Shown: positions 25,453 to 37,280, numbered from the stretch's first letter. The stretch is DNA of 64,000 bases from Raja brachyura (GCA_963514005.1 OY740801.1:16554001-16618000), one strand, 5' to 3'. Notes: a model not told the origin generated them from the sequence alone. Program-made: numbers and translations.

Positions 25453-28260
25453 TTAGCTAAAAGCTAAAGTAAACATAAAAGTTTTCAGTCTTGTTTTAAA
25501 AGTGGTCAAAGTTGGGGCAAGTCTTAAATCTTCAGGAAGTTTATTCCAGCTATTTGATGCATAGTAACTAAATCCGGCTTTCCCATGTTTTGTATTTACT
25601 CTGGGAATCACTAACAGATTGGTCTCTGAAGATCTTAGCGGTCTAGAAGACTTATATAGTGGAAGCATGTCAGTGACATACTTTGGCCCTAAACCATGTA
25701 GTGATTTATAGGTGAGCAGCACGATTTTGAAATCAATTCTCTGACATACAGGGAGCCAATGTAAGGATTTAAGAATTGGTGTAATGTGTTCAAATTTTTT
25801 GGTCTTTGTTAGAACTCTAGCAACAGCGTTCTGAAATGGCTGTAGCTGCCTGACAGTTTTTTTCGGAAGACCTGCAAGGAGACCATTACAATAACCTAGC
25901 CTACTAGTAATGAAGGCATGTACAAGTTTTTCTAAGTCTTGAGCTGACATGAGTCCTCTTAGTCTTGCTACATTTTTGGGGTGATAGTAGGCCGATTTTG
26001 TTACTGATTTGATGTGACTGTCGAAATGTAAATCTGAATCCATAATAACCCCTAGATTTCTGACTTTGAGGTTTTCAGGGATAAAGAATGAAGGTGTTGG
26101 GTTACTTCAAGCCTTTCTTTTTTAGCACCAAAAACAATGATTTCCGTTTTGTCCCTAGTTAGTTGAAGGAAATTTTGGCACATCCAATCTTTGACTTGCT
26201 CAACGCACTGGCACAGCAGATCTATGGGCGATAGTCATTTGGTGATAGCGCTACATCGATTTGAGTGTCATCGGCATAGCAGTGGTAGTCAATATTATTA
26301 TTTTGCATGGTTTGCCCTAGTGGGAGCATGTAGATGTTGAATAAAGAGGGTCCTAAGATCGAACCTTGTGGGACTCCACACGTCACGTTGGTTGGTTCTG
26401 ATACAAAGTTGCCAATGGAAACAAAATAGTTCCTATCTTGTAGATATGACCTGAACCAACTTGAAACTGTGCCTGAAAGCCCCACCCATTTTTCCAACCT
26501 GTCCAAAAGTATTGAGTGATCAACAGTGTCGAATGCAGCACTGAGGTCTAATAGCATTAATATTGAAATTTTGCCAGAGTCTGTGTTAAGATGGATGTCA
26601 TTTACAACTTTAATAAGGGCGGTCTCGGTGCTATGAAGGGGTCGAAATCCTGACTGGAAGTTGTCATAGCAGCCAGTTGAAGCCAGGAAGTGATTACGTT
26701 GCTGGAGGACAACTTTCTCAATTATTTTACTTATGAAGGTAGGTTTGATATTGGTCTATAGTTGTTAATAACTAGAGGCATCTAGGCTCCACTTTTTAAA
26801 AAGGGGTTTAATAACTGCAGTTTTCAAGGCTTTTGGGAAATTGCCTGATTGAAGAGAGCTGTTAATTATTTGCAGTATGTCTATTGGTAGGCAGTCAGAA
26901 ACATTCTTAAAAAAGTTGGTGGGTAAAACATCAAGGCAGCAGGTGGTTGGCCTTGGTTGTGTCACCGTTTCCACAAGTGTTTTAGCGTTTATGACATTAA
27001 AGCATGTCATCATTGCCACATTACTTTTGCCTAAACAGGGTGGTGATCCAACATTTTTGTTTGAAGCGGAGATATTGATGGCACATCTGATGCCTTCAAT
27101 TTTATCAGTATAAAAGAATGCAAACTCATTGCATTTCTGCGAGGAATGGAGTTCAGGTGGTATTTGTGTTGGGGGGTTGGTCAGTTTGTCAACAGTTGCA
27201 AATAGGGTCTTTGCCTTATTAGTGTTGTTAATGATATTGGAGAAAAATGTTTCTCTAGCATTTTTTAAGTCTAAACTGTAGGCATGGAGGCTCTCTTTAT
27301 AGATGTCATGGTGAATATGAAGTTTTGTTTTCCGCCAGATGCGTTCAGCTTTCCGGCATTCTCTTTTCTGGGCTGTTACAAAAGCAGCTTTTCTCCAGGG
27401 TGCCGTTTGCTTACCAGAAATCATTTTAACCGTAACAGGTGCAACGACATCTATAACTTTCATAATTTTGGAATTAAAGTTATCTACAAGATCATCAGCA
27501 GAACATGGGTTTAGAGGTGGTAACAAGGAGATGGCATTTTTAAAGAGTACATTAGAATGTTCATTTATATACCGTTTTTTGACAGTATTTGATTTTATCT
27601 GTATGTCGGGAATAAAAAATATATTAAAAAAAACCACAGAAGTGGTCAGACAATGAAGGATCAGTCACAAAAATATCAGAAACATTGAGACCCTTTGTGA
27701 TAATCAAGTCCAGGGTGTGCCCCTTACAATGAGTAGCCTCTTTCACATGTTGAGACAGTTCAAATGTGTCTAAAATAGTAAAAAGTTATTTTCCACCCAT
27801 ATCATTCAAATCATCAGTATGAAAATTAAAATCACCAGTTATAACTAGACAGTCAAAGTCAGTGGTGATGCTAGACAATAATTCTGTAAAGTCATCAAAA
27901 AAGTTTGCATGATATTTAGGTGGCCTGTAAATAATTAATAGGAGAACTCTGGGGGAACATTTCAATGCAGCACAAAGGTATTCGAATGATGGAAAATCAC
28001 CAAGTGACATCTGTTTCCCCTGAAATACATTTTTAAATATAGCAGCAACCCCTCCACCTCTTTTTCCAGATCTACATACATCAAAAAAGTTATAGTTGGG
28101 AGAAGCTGTCTCGGTCAGAATGGTTGCACTGTTATTTTGTTCTAGCCATGTTTCAGTTAAAAACATAAAATCCAGTTTAGAGGTGGTAATAACATGATTG
28201 ACTAAAAATGATTTGTTATTAAGAGACCTAACATTAAGCAGACCCATCCTGATGGCATTA
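25453..28260 (-). pseudogene. L2 ORF2 (APE endonuclease + reverse transcriptase), frameshifted
   Basis: GLLNVRSL, FLTETW, IIYRPP, GDFNFH (APE). LLDLSAAFDTVDH, GVPQGSILGP, YADDTQ (RT). HITPILKSLHWLPV (L2 C-terminus). Seen in ORFs 27786-28388, 26765-27637, 26222-26557 and 25453-26043. Confidence 0.9.
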
Positions 28261-28351
28261 TTGATAGGCTTTGTGGTTGGTTTTGGTTTGGAGGGAATAG
28301 GTATTGTTAGGTGAGCAGTGTGTCTAAGTTTCCCTTTGTTTCCTCTCTTAG

Positions 28352-29385
28352 TAGCAATGTTACAAAATTTTGAGATTTTAAAAATCAAGTCTGCAATTTA
28401 TCCCATCAGATAAAGCATAAAAAGAAGTTTAATTTGACACCTAATTCACTTTCATATCTTCAGTATTAAGAAAGTTATGGCCATTTTCATACTCGGAAAT
28501 TAGCACATTGTTCCCCATTGCCTTTCAATTGACTTAACTCAAAAGCTGTGATCTGGAACAGTTAAAAGCCCATAACTTTCTTAAAAATTAAGAGAACTCA
28601 ATGGAATTTTCAGTTATTATAGATTGAAGCATTCTGAAACAAATATGAAACAATCTTACTTGGATTACCTGAAATTAAAGCATATAATTAGTTAGTTATC
28701 TAATTGTAGCTAATTACAAAATTCAATGAGTAGATCTAAACATCTATCCATTTCTTAAGAAAAGATAAACTTTTTTAAAATTGCCTAAGTGTCCAAATAA
28801 CATTCACACAATAATGCACAATATAACATAATTTTTAAATCTAATTTTCATGAATTTCTGGGCCAAATGGAAGGAATTTAGTGTTTGATTCCTGTAAATT
28901 AATGGCCATTTAAATCAACTAGCGAGTGGGTTTTAGTGGAATGCGGTGGATTGAAACGTTGCGGTTAACGGTGAAGTCGGGAGGAAAAATACTGTTTGTT
29001 CATACATTTTTTTGGACCCCATTTCGCAACATGAAAATGTTATTAAAGCCTCCCGAAAAACCAACTTTTAATATAAAAATAAACTATTTACCTTTTTTTC
29101 TCCCCTACGCAAAATCCTTCCGGTTGTCGGCGCTCACGGCTTTTGAAGGTGATTTTTAAATTACTCTAGTTAATAAATAATTTAGAGTAATTTAAAAATA
29201 CCTTCATTCATGAAATGTCGGAGCGATTTTTCTTCTGCAACGAAATCGCCCGACATTGATCGATTTTCCCTGCCTGTGGAAAAACGGCACTTTAAGCCCG
29301 CCCCCCTCTGAAAGGCGCCAAAGTCACGCACACGGGGAGCGGCAGAACTGCAGCGCTGCTCAAGGTAAGTTTTGTAACATACCTA
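28352..29385. mobile_element. Non-autonomous TIR DNA transposon (~1.03 kb, TAG...CTA termini) nested in the L2
   Basis: TIR TAGCAATGTTACAAAA / TTTTGTAACATACCTA (14/16 match). Flanking direct repeat CTCTTAG (28345-28351 and 29386-29392). Removing it restores continuous L2 sequence. No ORF. Confidence 0.85.
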
Positions 29386-29879
29386 CTCTTAGTAGTCACA
29401 ACAGGAATGCAGAAGGTGCCATACTTTGACGTAGGTGACCTTGGGTTCAGCTGATTATGCAGAACTTCCTTCGCACTGTGTCTACAGCTGAACCCTTTCT
29501 TGTCTCAGTAATATTCAGAGCTGCTATCAATACAAGGGGGGAGGGGGGGGCTGTGACACCCTGCGCTTGGTTGTTATCTCCCTGCGGCCGTGACGTGGTG
29601 ATTGTACTGATGTGGGGCGTGGGCTGGGATTCATAGACACAGATGCAAGTTTAATGCCACCTTTTTCCTATTTCTTCAATTCATGTGGAAAATCATAATG
29701 TGAGGAGACAGTGGAGCTGGAGTTGTTGTGGCTATGGGAGAGATAAGGAGGTTTAATGCAAATGTTCGAGGTAGATGTGTGGGGGGGGGGGGCTGTTGCC
29801 TCACTTCTCTACCTGTGGTCTGACTGCGGCCTGTGTGTCGGACCGTGGCAGAGTAGATTTGTGGGAAAGCGAGAAGAGG

Positions 29880-30174
29880 AGATTGTCCCTTAACAGTCTT
29901 GAGCCGAACCTGTTTGGGTGTAGACCATCTGCTTTGAAAAGATATTTGCGCCCCTAAAACAAGTTAAAGTTGTCAATAAAGCTCCTTCCTCTTTCATTGC
30001 AGACTCTGGAAAGCCATGTATTCAGTGCAAGTAGCCGACTAAATATGTTTATTCCCCTGTCAACTGCTGGTACGGGACCACTGATGAATGACTTAATGTC
30101 TAATTTGTCCAGTATATCTAATAGTTCAGTGAAATCCCTCTTTAAAAGTTCTGATTGTTCTTTTTGAATATCAT
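29880..30174 (-). pseudogene. L2 ORF1 SGNH-esterase domain remnant
   Basis: NDIQKEQSELLKRDF...FISGPVP...FSRLLALNTWL...FIDNFNLF, then after a frameshift ADGLHPN. This is the esterase pattern known from L2/CR1 ORF1 proteins. Confidence 0.8.
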
Positions 30175-31439
30175 TATGAGACTGAGAAACAAGAATAAAA
30201 CAGACAGAGACATCAGCCAAACTTTAGGCTTACCAAAATCAACTATTTGGAATATCATTAAGTAGAAAGCGAGCACTGGTGTGTTTATTAATTACAAAGG
30301 GACTGGCAGGCCAAGTAAGACCTCCACAGCTGATGATAAAGAATTCTCTCAATAATAAATAAAAATCCCAAAATACCTGTCTGACAGATCAGAAACACTC
30401 TTCAGGAGTCAGGTGTGGATTTGTCAATGACCACTGTCTGCAGAAGACTTCATGAACAGAAATACAGAGGCTACACTGCAAGATGCAAACCACTGGTTAG
30501 CTGCAAAAATAGCATGGCCAGGTTACAGTTTGCCAAGAAGAGCAACCAGAGTTCTGTAAAAAGGGCTTGTGGACAGATGAGAAGAAGATGAGCTTATATC
30601 AGAGTGATGGCAAGAGCAAAGTATGGAGGAGAGAAGGAAATGCCCAAGATGCAAATCATAGCACCTCATCTGTGAAACATGGTGATGGGGAATGTTATGG
30701 CCTGGGCATGTATGGCTGCTGAGGTACTGGCTCACTTATCTTCATTGATGATACAACTGCTGATGGTAGTAGCACAATTAATTCTGAAGTGTACAGACAC
30801 ATCCTATATGCTCAAGTTCAAACAAATGCCTCTAAACTTATTGGCTGCCGGTTCATTCCACAGCAAGACAATGATCCCGAACATACTGCCAAAGCAAAAA
30901 AGGGGTTTTTCAAAGCTACAAAATGGTCAATTCTTGAGTGGCCAAGTCAATCACCTGATCTGAACCCATTTGAGTATGCCTTTTATGCGCTGAAGAGAAA
31001 ACTGAAGTGGACTAGCCCCCAAAACAAGCATAAGCTAAAGATGGCTGCCATACAGGCCTGGCAGAGCATCACCAGAGAAGACACCCAGCAACTGGTGATG
31101 TCCATGAATCGCAGACTCCAAGCAGTCATTTCATGCAACTAAACATGACTCTTTTCATTTACATGACATTGCTGTGTCTCAAACATTATGGTACCATGAA
31201 ATGGGGGGGACCATGTATAAACACTGCTGTGATTTCTACATAGTGAAACCAAAATGTATACAAATAGCCTTTATTAAAATCTGACAATGTGCACATTAAC
31301 CACATGTGATTCTTTTGTATTACAAATCTCAAATTGTGGAGTGCAGAGGCAAGTAAATAAATGATGGGTCTTTGTCCCAAATATTATGGAGGGCACTGTA
31401 TGTTTTTCGGATGCTGACACAAGGAACTTCAGAGGAACT

Positions 31440-31780
31440 GGACTAATTCATTGGGTCAGGCAGCATCCTTGGAGAACATAGGTAGGCGACGTTTCGGGTC
31501 AGGACCCTTCAGTCTGCGAAAAGTCACCTATCCATGTTCTGCAAAGATACACATTGGAAGGAACCGCAGATGCTAGTTTACACAGGAGATAGACACAACG
31601 TGCTGGAGTAATTCAGCATCTCTGGAGAAAAGGAAGAGATGCTGCTTGAGCAGCTGAATTATTCCAGCATTTTTGTGCAGATCATGAGTTGGATGATCAG
31701 CCATGATCATATTGAATGGCGGTGCTGGCTCGAAGGGCCGAATGGCCTACTCCGTACCTAATTTCTATGTTTCTATGAGC
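31440..31780. mobile_element. Cluster of Penelope-derived repeat pieces plus a CR1 3' tail
   Basis: gggtcaggcagcatccttggagaac...gacgtttcgggtcaggacccttc. CR1 tail ggatgatcagccatgatcatattgaatggcgg...tttctatgtttctatg at 31690-31777. Confidence 0.7.
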
Positions 31781-31929
31781 TTTTGAGTTACTCTCGCACT
31801 TTATGCTTTTTAGAAAATTGTGCAAACTTAACACAATTCTGCTCTCCAGTCTTGTGCAATCTCCAACATTGTCATTCTGTTTTCGTGTGCAATGAATGCG
31901 GGGTTAATAATGAAAAATGTTGTCCCGTT

Positions 31930-32041
31930 TTCCTGACGAGAGAGAGGGCGTGCACTCGCAGCCCGACAGACGTGGGAGATCGCAGCAGGTCCCGGGGCAG
32001 CGGCACGGCGCGCATGCGCGGGCGCGGGGGAAGATGGCGGC
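31930..32041 (+). promoter_or_regulatory. LMF1 CpG-island promoter with NRF1 and YY1 motifs
   Basis: GCGCATGCGC (NRF1 consensus) at 32010-32019. AAGATGGCGGC (YY1 motif overlapping the ATG) at 32031-32041. No TATA box; housekeeping-type layout. Confidence 0.65.
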
Positions 32042-32202
32042 GCCCATGGTGGGGCTGCGACTGAGGCGGGTGGATGGGGAGCCGCAGCCCGGCAAAGACG
32101 GCCAGAGACAGGGCCACGACATGCCCGAGTGCGCCGGGCTGCAGCCGGGAACCTTCTGGCTCACCAGGATAGTTCTGCTGCGCTCCATAGCGTTCATTTA
32201 CT
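32034..32202 (+). CDS. LMF1: LMF1 (lipase maturation factor 1) coding exon 1
   Basis: MAAPMVGLRLRR...LQPGTFWLTRIVLLRSIAFIY matches the LMF1 N-terminus (GTFWLTRIVLL). Donor TAC T|gtgagt at 32202/32203 (phase 1). Confidence 0.92.
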
Positions 32203-33003
32203 GTGAGTGAAATGATGGTGGAGGGAGGGTGAATGAGAGAATGAGAGCCAGGCGAGGGTGACCTCCCCCCCCCCCACCCCACTTCTGATGACTACACCCA
32301 CACTTCAGGTTGCACCAGCTCCCACCCCGGACTGCACTACACCCGGTCACATCATCCCCATAGTCCTCCACCCTCTCCACACTTCTGCACAATCCTCCAC
32401 TCTCACATTGCACCCCAAATGCCCAACTATCCAAATGCATCTTTCACAATCTTCCAGCTTGCACATCCCCACAGCCCCCCCCAACTGAACCCACAAATGC
32501 ACCCCCCCATAACCCCTCAAAACTCCCCATATGCACTAATCACAACTTTCCAGAACAGCCATTAGACTGCACCAAAACCTCCCAAATGCACCCATCGAAA
32601 CCCTAGACTGCACATTCGCCCATACTGCACCACCCACCAAACCTATAACCCCCAGATTTCCACAATCCCCCCCCCCTACATTCCTCCTGCGCCCACCATG
32701 CACTGTCGTCGTCTCCAGACCCCCACACTCCTCTGCAGATCCTCCTGTTCTCTGCACCCCATGTGGTTAAATTGGTTTACAGTGATCCTTAATATACAGT
32801 TTTAAGTATTTTGCTACTGATTTTGGAATAAAAAGAGAAAATGCTACCAACACTCAGTGGGCACATCAGCATCCATCGAAAAAGAATAATGTTTCAAATC
32901 AATGACGTTTCAGCATAACAGTTTGTGTGGACTGTGACTATTACATTATAATTGCCATTTCATCCTGACTAACTTTCTCATGATTATCACAATTGAAGCT
33001 GTA

Positions 33004-34137
33004 CATAGAAACATGGAAAATAGGTGCAGGAATAGGCCATTCAGCCCTTCGAGCCTCACTGCCATTCAATATGATCATGGCTGATCATTTAACTCCTGGA
33101 CCTGCCTTCTTTCCATACTCCCTGATCCCTTTACCCACAAGGGCCACATCTAACTCCCTCTTAAATATAGCCAATGAACTGGCCTCAACTACCTTCTGTG
33201 GCAGAGAATTCCAGAGACTCACCACTCTCTGTGTGAAAAATGTTTTCCTCATCTCGGTCCTAAAGGAATTCCCCCTTATCCTTAAACTGTGACCCCTTGT
33301 TCTGGACCTGCCCAACATCGGGAACAATCTTCCTGCATCTAGCCTATCCAACCCCTTAAGAATCTATAAGATCCCCCCTCAATCTTCTAAATTCTAGCGC
33401 GTACAAGTCGAGTCTATCCAGTCTTTCCTCATATGAAAGTCCTGACATCCCAGGAATCAGTCTGGTGAACCTTCTCTGTACCCCCTCTATGGCAAGAATG
33501 CCTTTCCTCAGATTTGGAGAGTAAAACTGTACGCAATACTCCAGGTGTGGTCTCACCAAAACCCTGTACAACTGCAGTAGAACCTCCCTGCTCCTATACT
33601 CAAATCCTTTTGCTATGAATGCTAACATACCATTCACTTTCTTCACTGCCTGCTGCACCTATATGCCTACTTTCAATGACTGGTGTACCATGACACCCAG
33701 GTATCCTTGCATCTCCCCTTTTCCTAATCAGCCACCATTCAGATAATAGTCTACCCTCCTGTTTTTGCCACCATAGTGGATAACCTCACAGTTATCCACA
33801 TTATACTGCATTTGCCATGCATTTGCCCACACCCAGCGTATCCAAGTCACCTTGCAGCCTCCTAGCATCCTCCTCACAGCTAACACTGCCCCCCAGCTTT
33901 GTGTCATCCGCAAACTTGGAGATGTTGCATTCAATTCCCTCGTCCAAATCATTAATATATATTGTAAATAGCTGGGGTCCCAGCACTGAGCCTTGCGGTA
34001 CCCCACTAGTCTCTGCCTGCCATTCTGAAAAGGACCCGTTTACTCATACCCTTTGCTTCCTGTCTGCCAGCCAGTTCTCTATTCACATCAATACTGAACC
34101 CCCAATACCATCTGCTTTGAGTTTGTATACTAATCTC
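33004..34137 (-). mobile_element. Young CR1 LINE, 3' ~1.1 kb
   Basis: RT and C-terminal motifs [64 protein letters not shown]. Tail catagaaacatgg. Confidence 0.92.
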
Positions 34138-34212
34138 GTATATAATTCCCTATAAAGTTTGTATACTAATTGGCTGACCATGCTTCTCAAGACTAGATCC
34201 AATGATGTCTGA

Positions 34213-34950
34213 TGTAGGAAGGAACTGCAGATGCTGGTTTCCACCAAAGTTGGACACAAAAATGCTGCAGTAACTCAGTGGGTCAGGCAGCATATATGGA
34301 GCAAAGGAATAGGTAACGTTTTGGGTCGAAACACTTCTTCAGACTGAGTCAGGGGAGAGGGCAACTAGAGGTATGAAAAGGTTCAAAACAAATCAGAGCC
34401 AGCACCGATGACTAAGGAAAGGTGAAGCCCACAGTGGTACATTGTTGGATGTGGAAGAGGTGATAACATCAATATTCATACTGCAGGGTTGCTTGAAATT
34501 AGAATTCAATATTCATACCACCGGGTTGCTTGAATACCCAGCTGTATGAATATTGATTTCTCTCATTTCAAATACCTTTTGCATATCCTCCCTCTCCACC
34601 TCTCCTCCACCCTAGTCGTCCTGTCTGTTCCACTGTTCGTATCCATATATCCTTTTGTTATCCACAACAGTGGGGGGAACCATGTTTAATGAAGTAAGAG
34701 GACATATTGGAAAGCCTCATTTTGGAGCAGATGCGACGGGGACAGAGAAATTGAGAGTAAGGGATGATGTCCTTGCAAGAGGTAGGGCGAGAAGAGGTGT
34801 ATCCACCTATCACTTGCCAGGCATTGTCTTGCCTTCAGACCTCTTTTTCTATCTTTCATCCCGCTACACTATCAGTCTGAAGAATGGTCCTGTCCCAAAA
34901 TGTCACCTGTCCATTTCCACAGAGATTGCATGACCTGTTGCGTTCATAGA
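34213..34950. mobile_element. Rearranged Penelope-like element (terminal repeat, ORF-end duplications/inversions, RT fragment)
   Basis: Minus-strand terminal repeat at 34213-34345. ORF-end motif gtatgaatattga in both orientations (34470-34570). Minus-strand DIIPYSQFL...RRICS-like RT thumb motif at about 34725-34775. Decayed plus-strand core at 34877-34904. Confidence 0.75.
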
Positions 34951-35239
34951 GCACTGTGCATTTTACTTGAAGCAATTCATTGTCAATGTCATTATTACAT
35001 TTCCTTGTCATATAATACTGAAACAGGTCCTATTGCCAACCATGTCTATGCCAACAATCAACTGCCCATCTGTAATAATCCCACCTTTTAATCCATAGCT
35101 TTTAATGCCTTGACAAAGAAAGTGCTTATTAAATGCAGCGACAGCACCTGCCTCCTCCACCACTTCAGGCAGTGTGTTCCAGATCTCAACCACACTTGGT
35201 TAAAGAAAAAGAGTTCTTCCATGGATCCTCGCTTCCCAG

Positions 35240-35385
35240 ACGTCTTTGGGATATGGGAGGAAACCGGAGCACCCGGAGTAAACCCACGCACTTACAGGGA
35301 AAACGTGCAAACTTCACACTGACAGCATCCGAGGACAGGATCGACCAATTGCGCCACTGTACTGCTGTAGTGCAGCCTGCTAAAC
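35240..35385 (-). mobile_element. V-SINE (HE1-like)
   Basis: gtctttgggatatgggaggaaaccggagcacccggagtaaacccacgcacttacagggaaaacgtgcaaact is the reverse complement of the V-SINE core. Confidence 0.8.
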
Positions 35386-35403
35386 TAGAACAGAGCTCCC
35401 ATT

Positions 35404-35720
35404 CATAGAAACATAGAAAATAGGTGCAGGAGTAGGCCATTCAGACCTTCGAACCTGCACTGCCATTCAATATGATCTTGGCTGATCATCCAACTCAGTA
35501 TCCTGTACCTGCCTTCTCTCCATACTCCCTGATCCCTTTAGCCACAAGGGCCACATCTAACTCCCTCTTAAATATAGCCAATGAACTGGCCTCAACTACC
35601 TTCTGTGGCAGAGAATTCCAGAGACTCACCACTCTCTGTGTGAAAAATGTTTTCCTCATCTCGGTCCTAAAGGAATTCCCCCTTATCCTTAGACTGTGAC
35701 CCCTTGTTCTGGACCTCCCC
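35404..35720 (-). mobile_element. Young CR1 3' fragment, nearly identical to 33004-33313
   Basis: Direct comparison shows long identical runs. Tail catagaaacatagaaa. Confidence 0.9.
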
Positions 35721-36489
35721 AATTCCATCGAGGACCCTCTATTCTGCACAGTGTCTCAAGCTGTACATTGATTTAAGCATGAATCTGACACCCTACTTTT
35801 AGGATTCCTACAACTACTGCATTTCAAACTTTTGTTCTTCTTCCCAGCACAATTCCTTATCCCATGAAGCCACGTTTCAGATCGAAATCCTACAGGCTTG
35901 CATCAGTCTCTGATAGTTTTTTTATTAATTCACTTTTCCGGATTTGGGCATTGCTGACAGGGCCAGTGTTTATTTGCCATTCATCATTGTCATTCAGTAG
36001 AGTTACCAGTAGAGATACTTTCTTGAGCTGCTGTGGGCCTTCTAGTGAAGGCACCAATATGATACTATTGGACAGGATTGCATGCTTTAGACTCAGCGAT
36101 GAAGAAACTATTAGTGAGTGACACACACACTGAAGATTCCTGGACTTAATGGTTGTTCCTGGCCTCTCGGAAGGCCACACATTTACTATATAGAATCATA
36201 CAGCGTGGAAACAGATCCTTCGGCCCAACTTGCCCACACCGACCAACATGTCCCATCTACACTAGTGCCACTTGTATGTGAGCTCTCTCTCTGTGGTTGT
36301 GGGTTGATGCATATAATCCAGGAAACAAGCAATTTTCTTAATTCTCTGTACATAATGCATAAACCCTAACTGTTAGTGTGATCATTTGGAGACTCATTTT
36401 TGGTAGTTTTCAGATAGTGTAGAACTTAGAGGCATTTTACCTCAGCTGTCTTCTAAGAAACCTCGTATTTCTTCTCTATTTCACCTCCG

Positions 36490-37280
36490 AGTGGTGACGC
36501 CATCGAGTGTGGCAGCCTCGCCAGCAGCTGTCTGTTCTTTCATCCTTTTTGTTATTTTCAGTCTGTCTAAAAGTTTGTTTTTGGAGGTCATTTAGTCTCT
36601 TTTTATGTGGGGGGAAGGGGAAACCATCTTCTCAGTCACTTCCTGGTCGAGGATGCGCCTATTCTCCGAGCCACATCTTTGCCCCCCCCCCCCCCCCTCA
36701 CGGCCTACCATCTGGATTGGCCAGAGACTGGCCAGAGCTTCAGCAGCGGCGCAGCACTGAATTACCATCGCGGAGCGGGCGATGACTTACCGGGGATCGC
36801 CGTGTTGGAGCTCCGGAGGGCTTGCCGACTTTAACACCGTGGAGCTGTGGTTTGCGGAGCTTCCAGCCGCGGGCGGTGCTGACTTTAACATCGCAGAGGC
36901 CTGGGATCTTTCGCCGAGGATTGCCAGCGTTGGAGCTCTGCCCTGCTCGGCCTGTGGACTTCGGAAGCTGCGTTCTCCGGTAGAAAGCAGCCGATTCGGA
37001 ACTCCAGGCCGCAGAGAGTGTTCTTCTGACGCTGGAGCTCCGATCATCCTGGCGAGAGCGCCTGAAACATCGGGCCGCCGTTGCGGCGACTGCGGAAGCC
37101 TCAATAGGCCCTGACCACGGGTGAACAAGAGGAAGATGACTGAACTTTGTTGCCTTCCCTCACAGTGGGAAACGTTGATTAAATTCTACAGTGTTTGTTT
37201 ATTTTATTTTATTTATGTGGCTGCATGGTAACTCAAATTTCACTGCATCAATTGGTGTATGTGACAATAAATGAACTTAA
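36490..37280 (+). mobile_element. GC/CpG-rich non-coding retroelement with LINE-like tail
   Basis: Shares 'gcct(t)c..cacagtg' and the 3' tail 'ctgcatggtaactcaaatttcactgcatcaattggtgtatgtgacaataaatgaactt' with 21475-21847. CpGs are retained, suggesting a young insertion. Confidence 0.55.

Larger units (their letters stand above)
25255..30174 (-). mobile_element. L2-clade LINE, 5'-truncated within ORF1, inserted into the Tc1 transposase
   Basis: 3' end (minus) gtgaagcactttgagtctgcctcgtgtatgaaatgtgctatataaataaagttgccttgcttgc. ORF2 has APE and RT motifs, ORF1 has esterase motifs. Junction duplication ca(c/t)tatgag at 25246-25254 and 30172-30180. Confidence 0.9.
25208..31142 (+). pseudogene. Disrupted Tc1 transposase (N-terminus 25208-25254, remainder 30175-31142)
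   Basis: MRTKVVPMKVK* ... MRLRNKNKTDRDISQTLGLPKSTIWNIIK (HTH), WTDE, QQDNDPEHT...WPSQSPDLNPFE. 34 residues lie between the second catalytic D and the E. Contains stops and frameshifts. Confidence 0.88.
24843..31398 (+). mobile_element. Tc1-family (DD34E) DNA transposon with long IR/DR terminal repeats; defective
   Basis: TA|CAGTGCCC...GGGCACTG|TA termini. ~230-bp imperfect TIRs (24843-~25071 and ~31172-31398), each with outer and inner copies of ccataatgtttgg(g/t)aca. The transposase is split by the L2 insertion. Confidence 0.93.

Noticed and set aside
31917-32033. Upstream in-frame ATG extending LMF1 by 39 aa
   Set aside because: It runs through the promoter motifs; the ATG at 32034 has strong context and gives the expected MAAP start.
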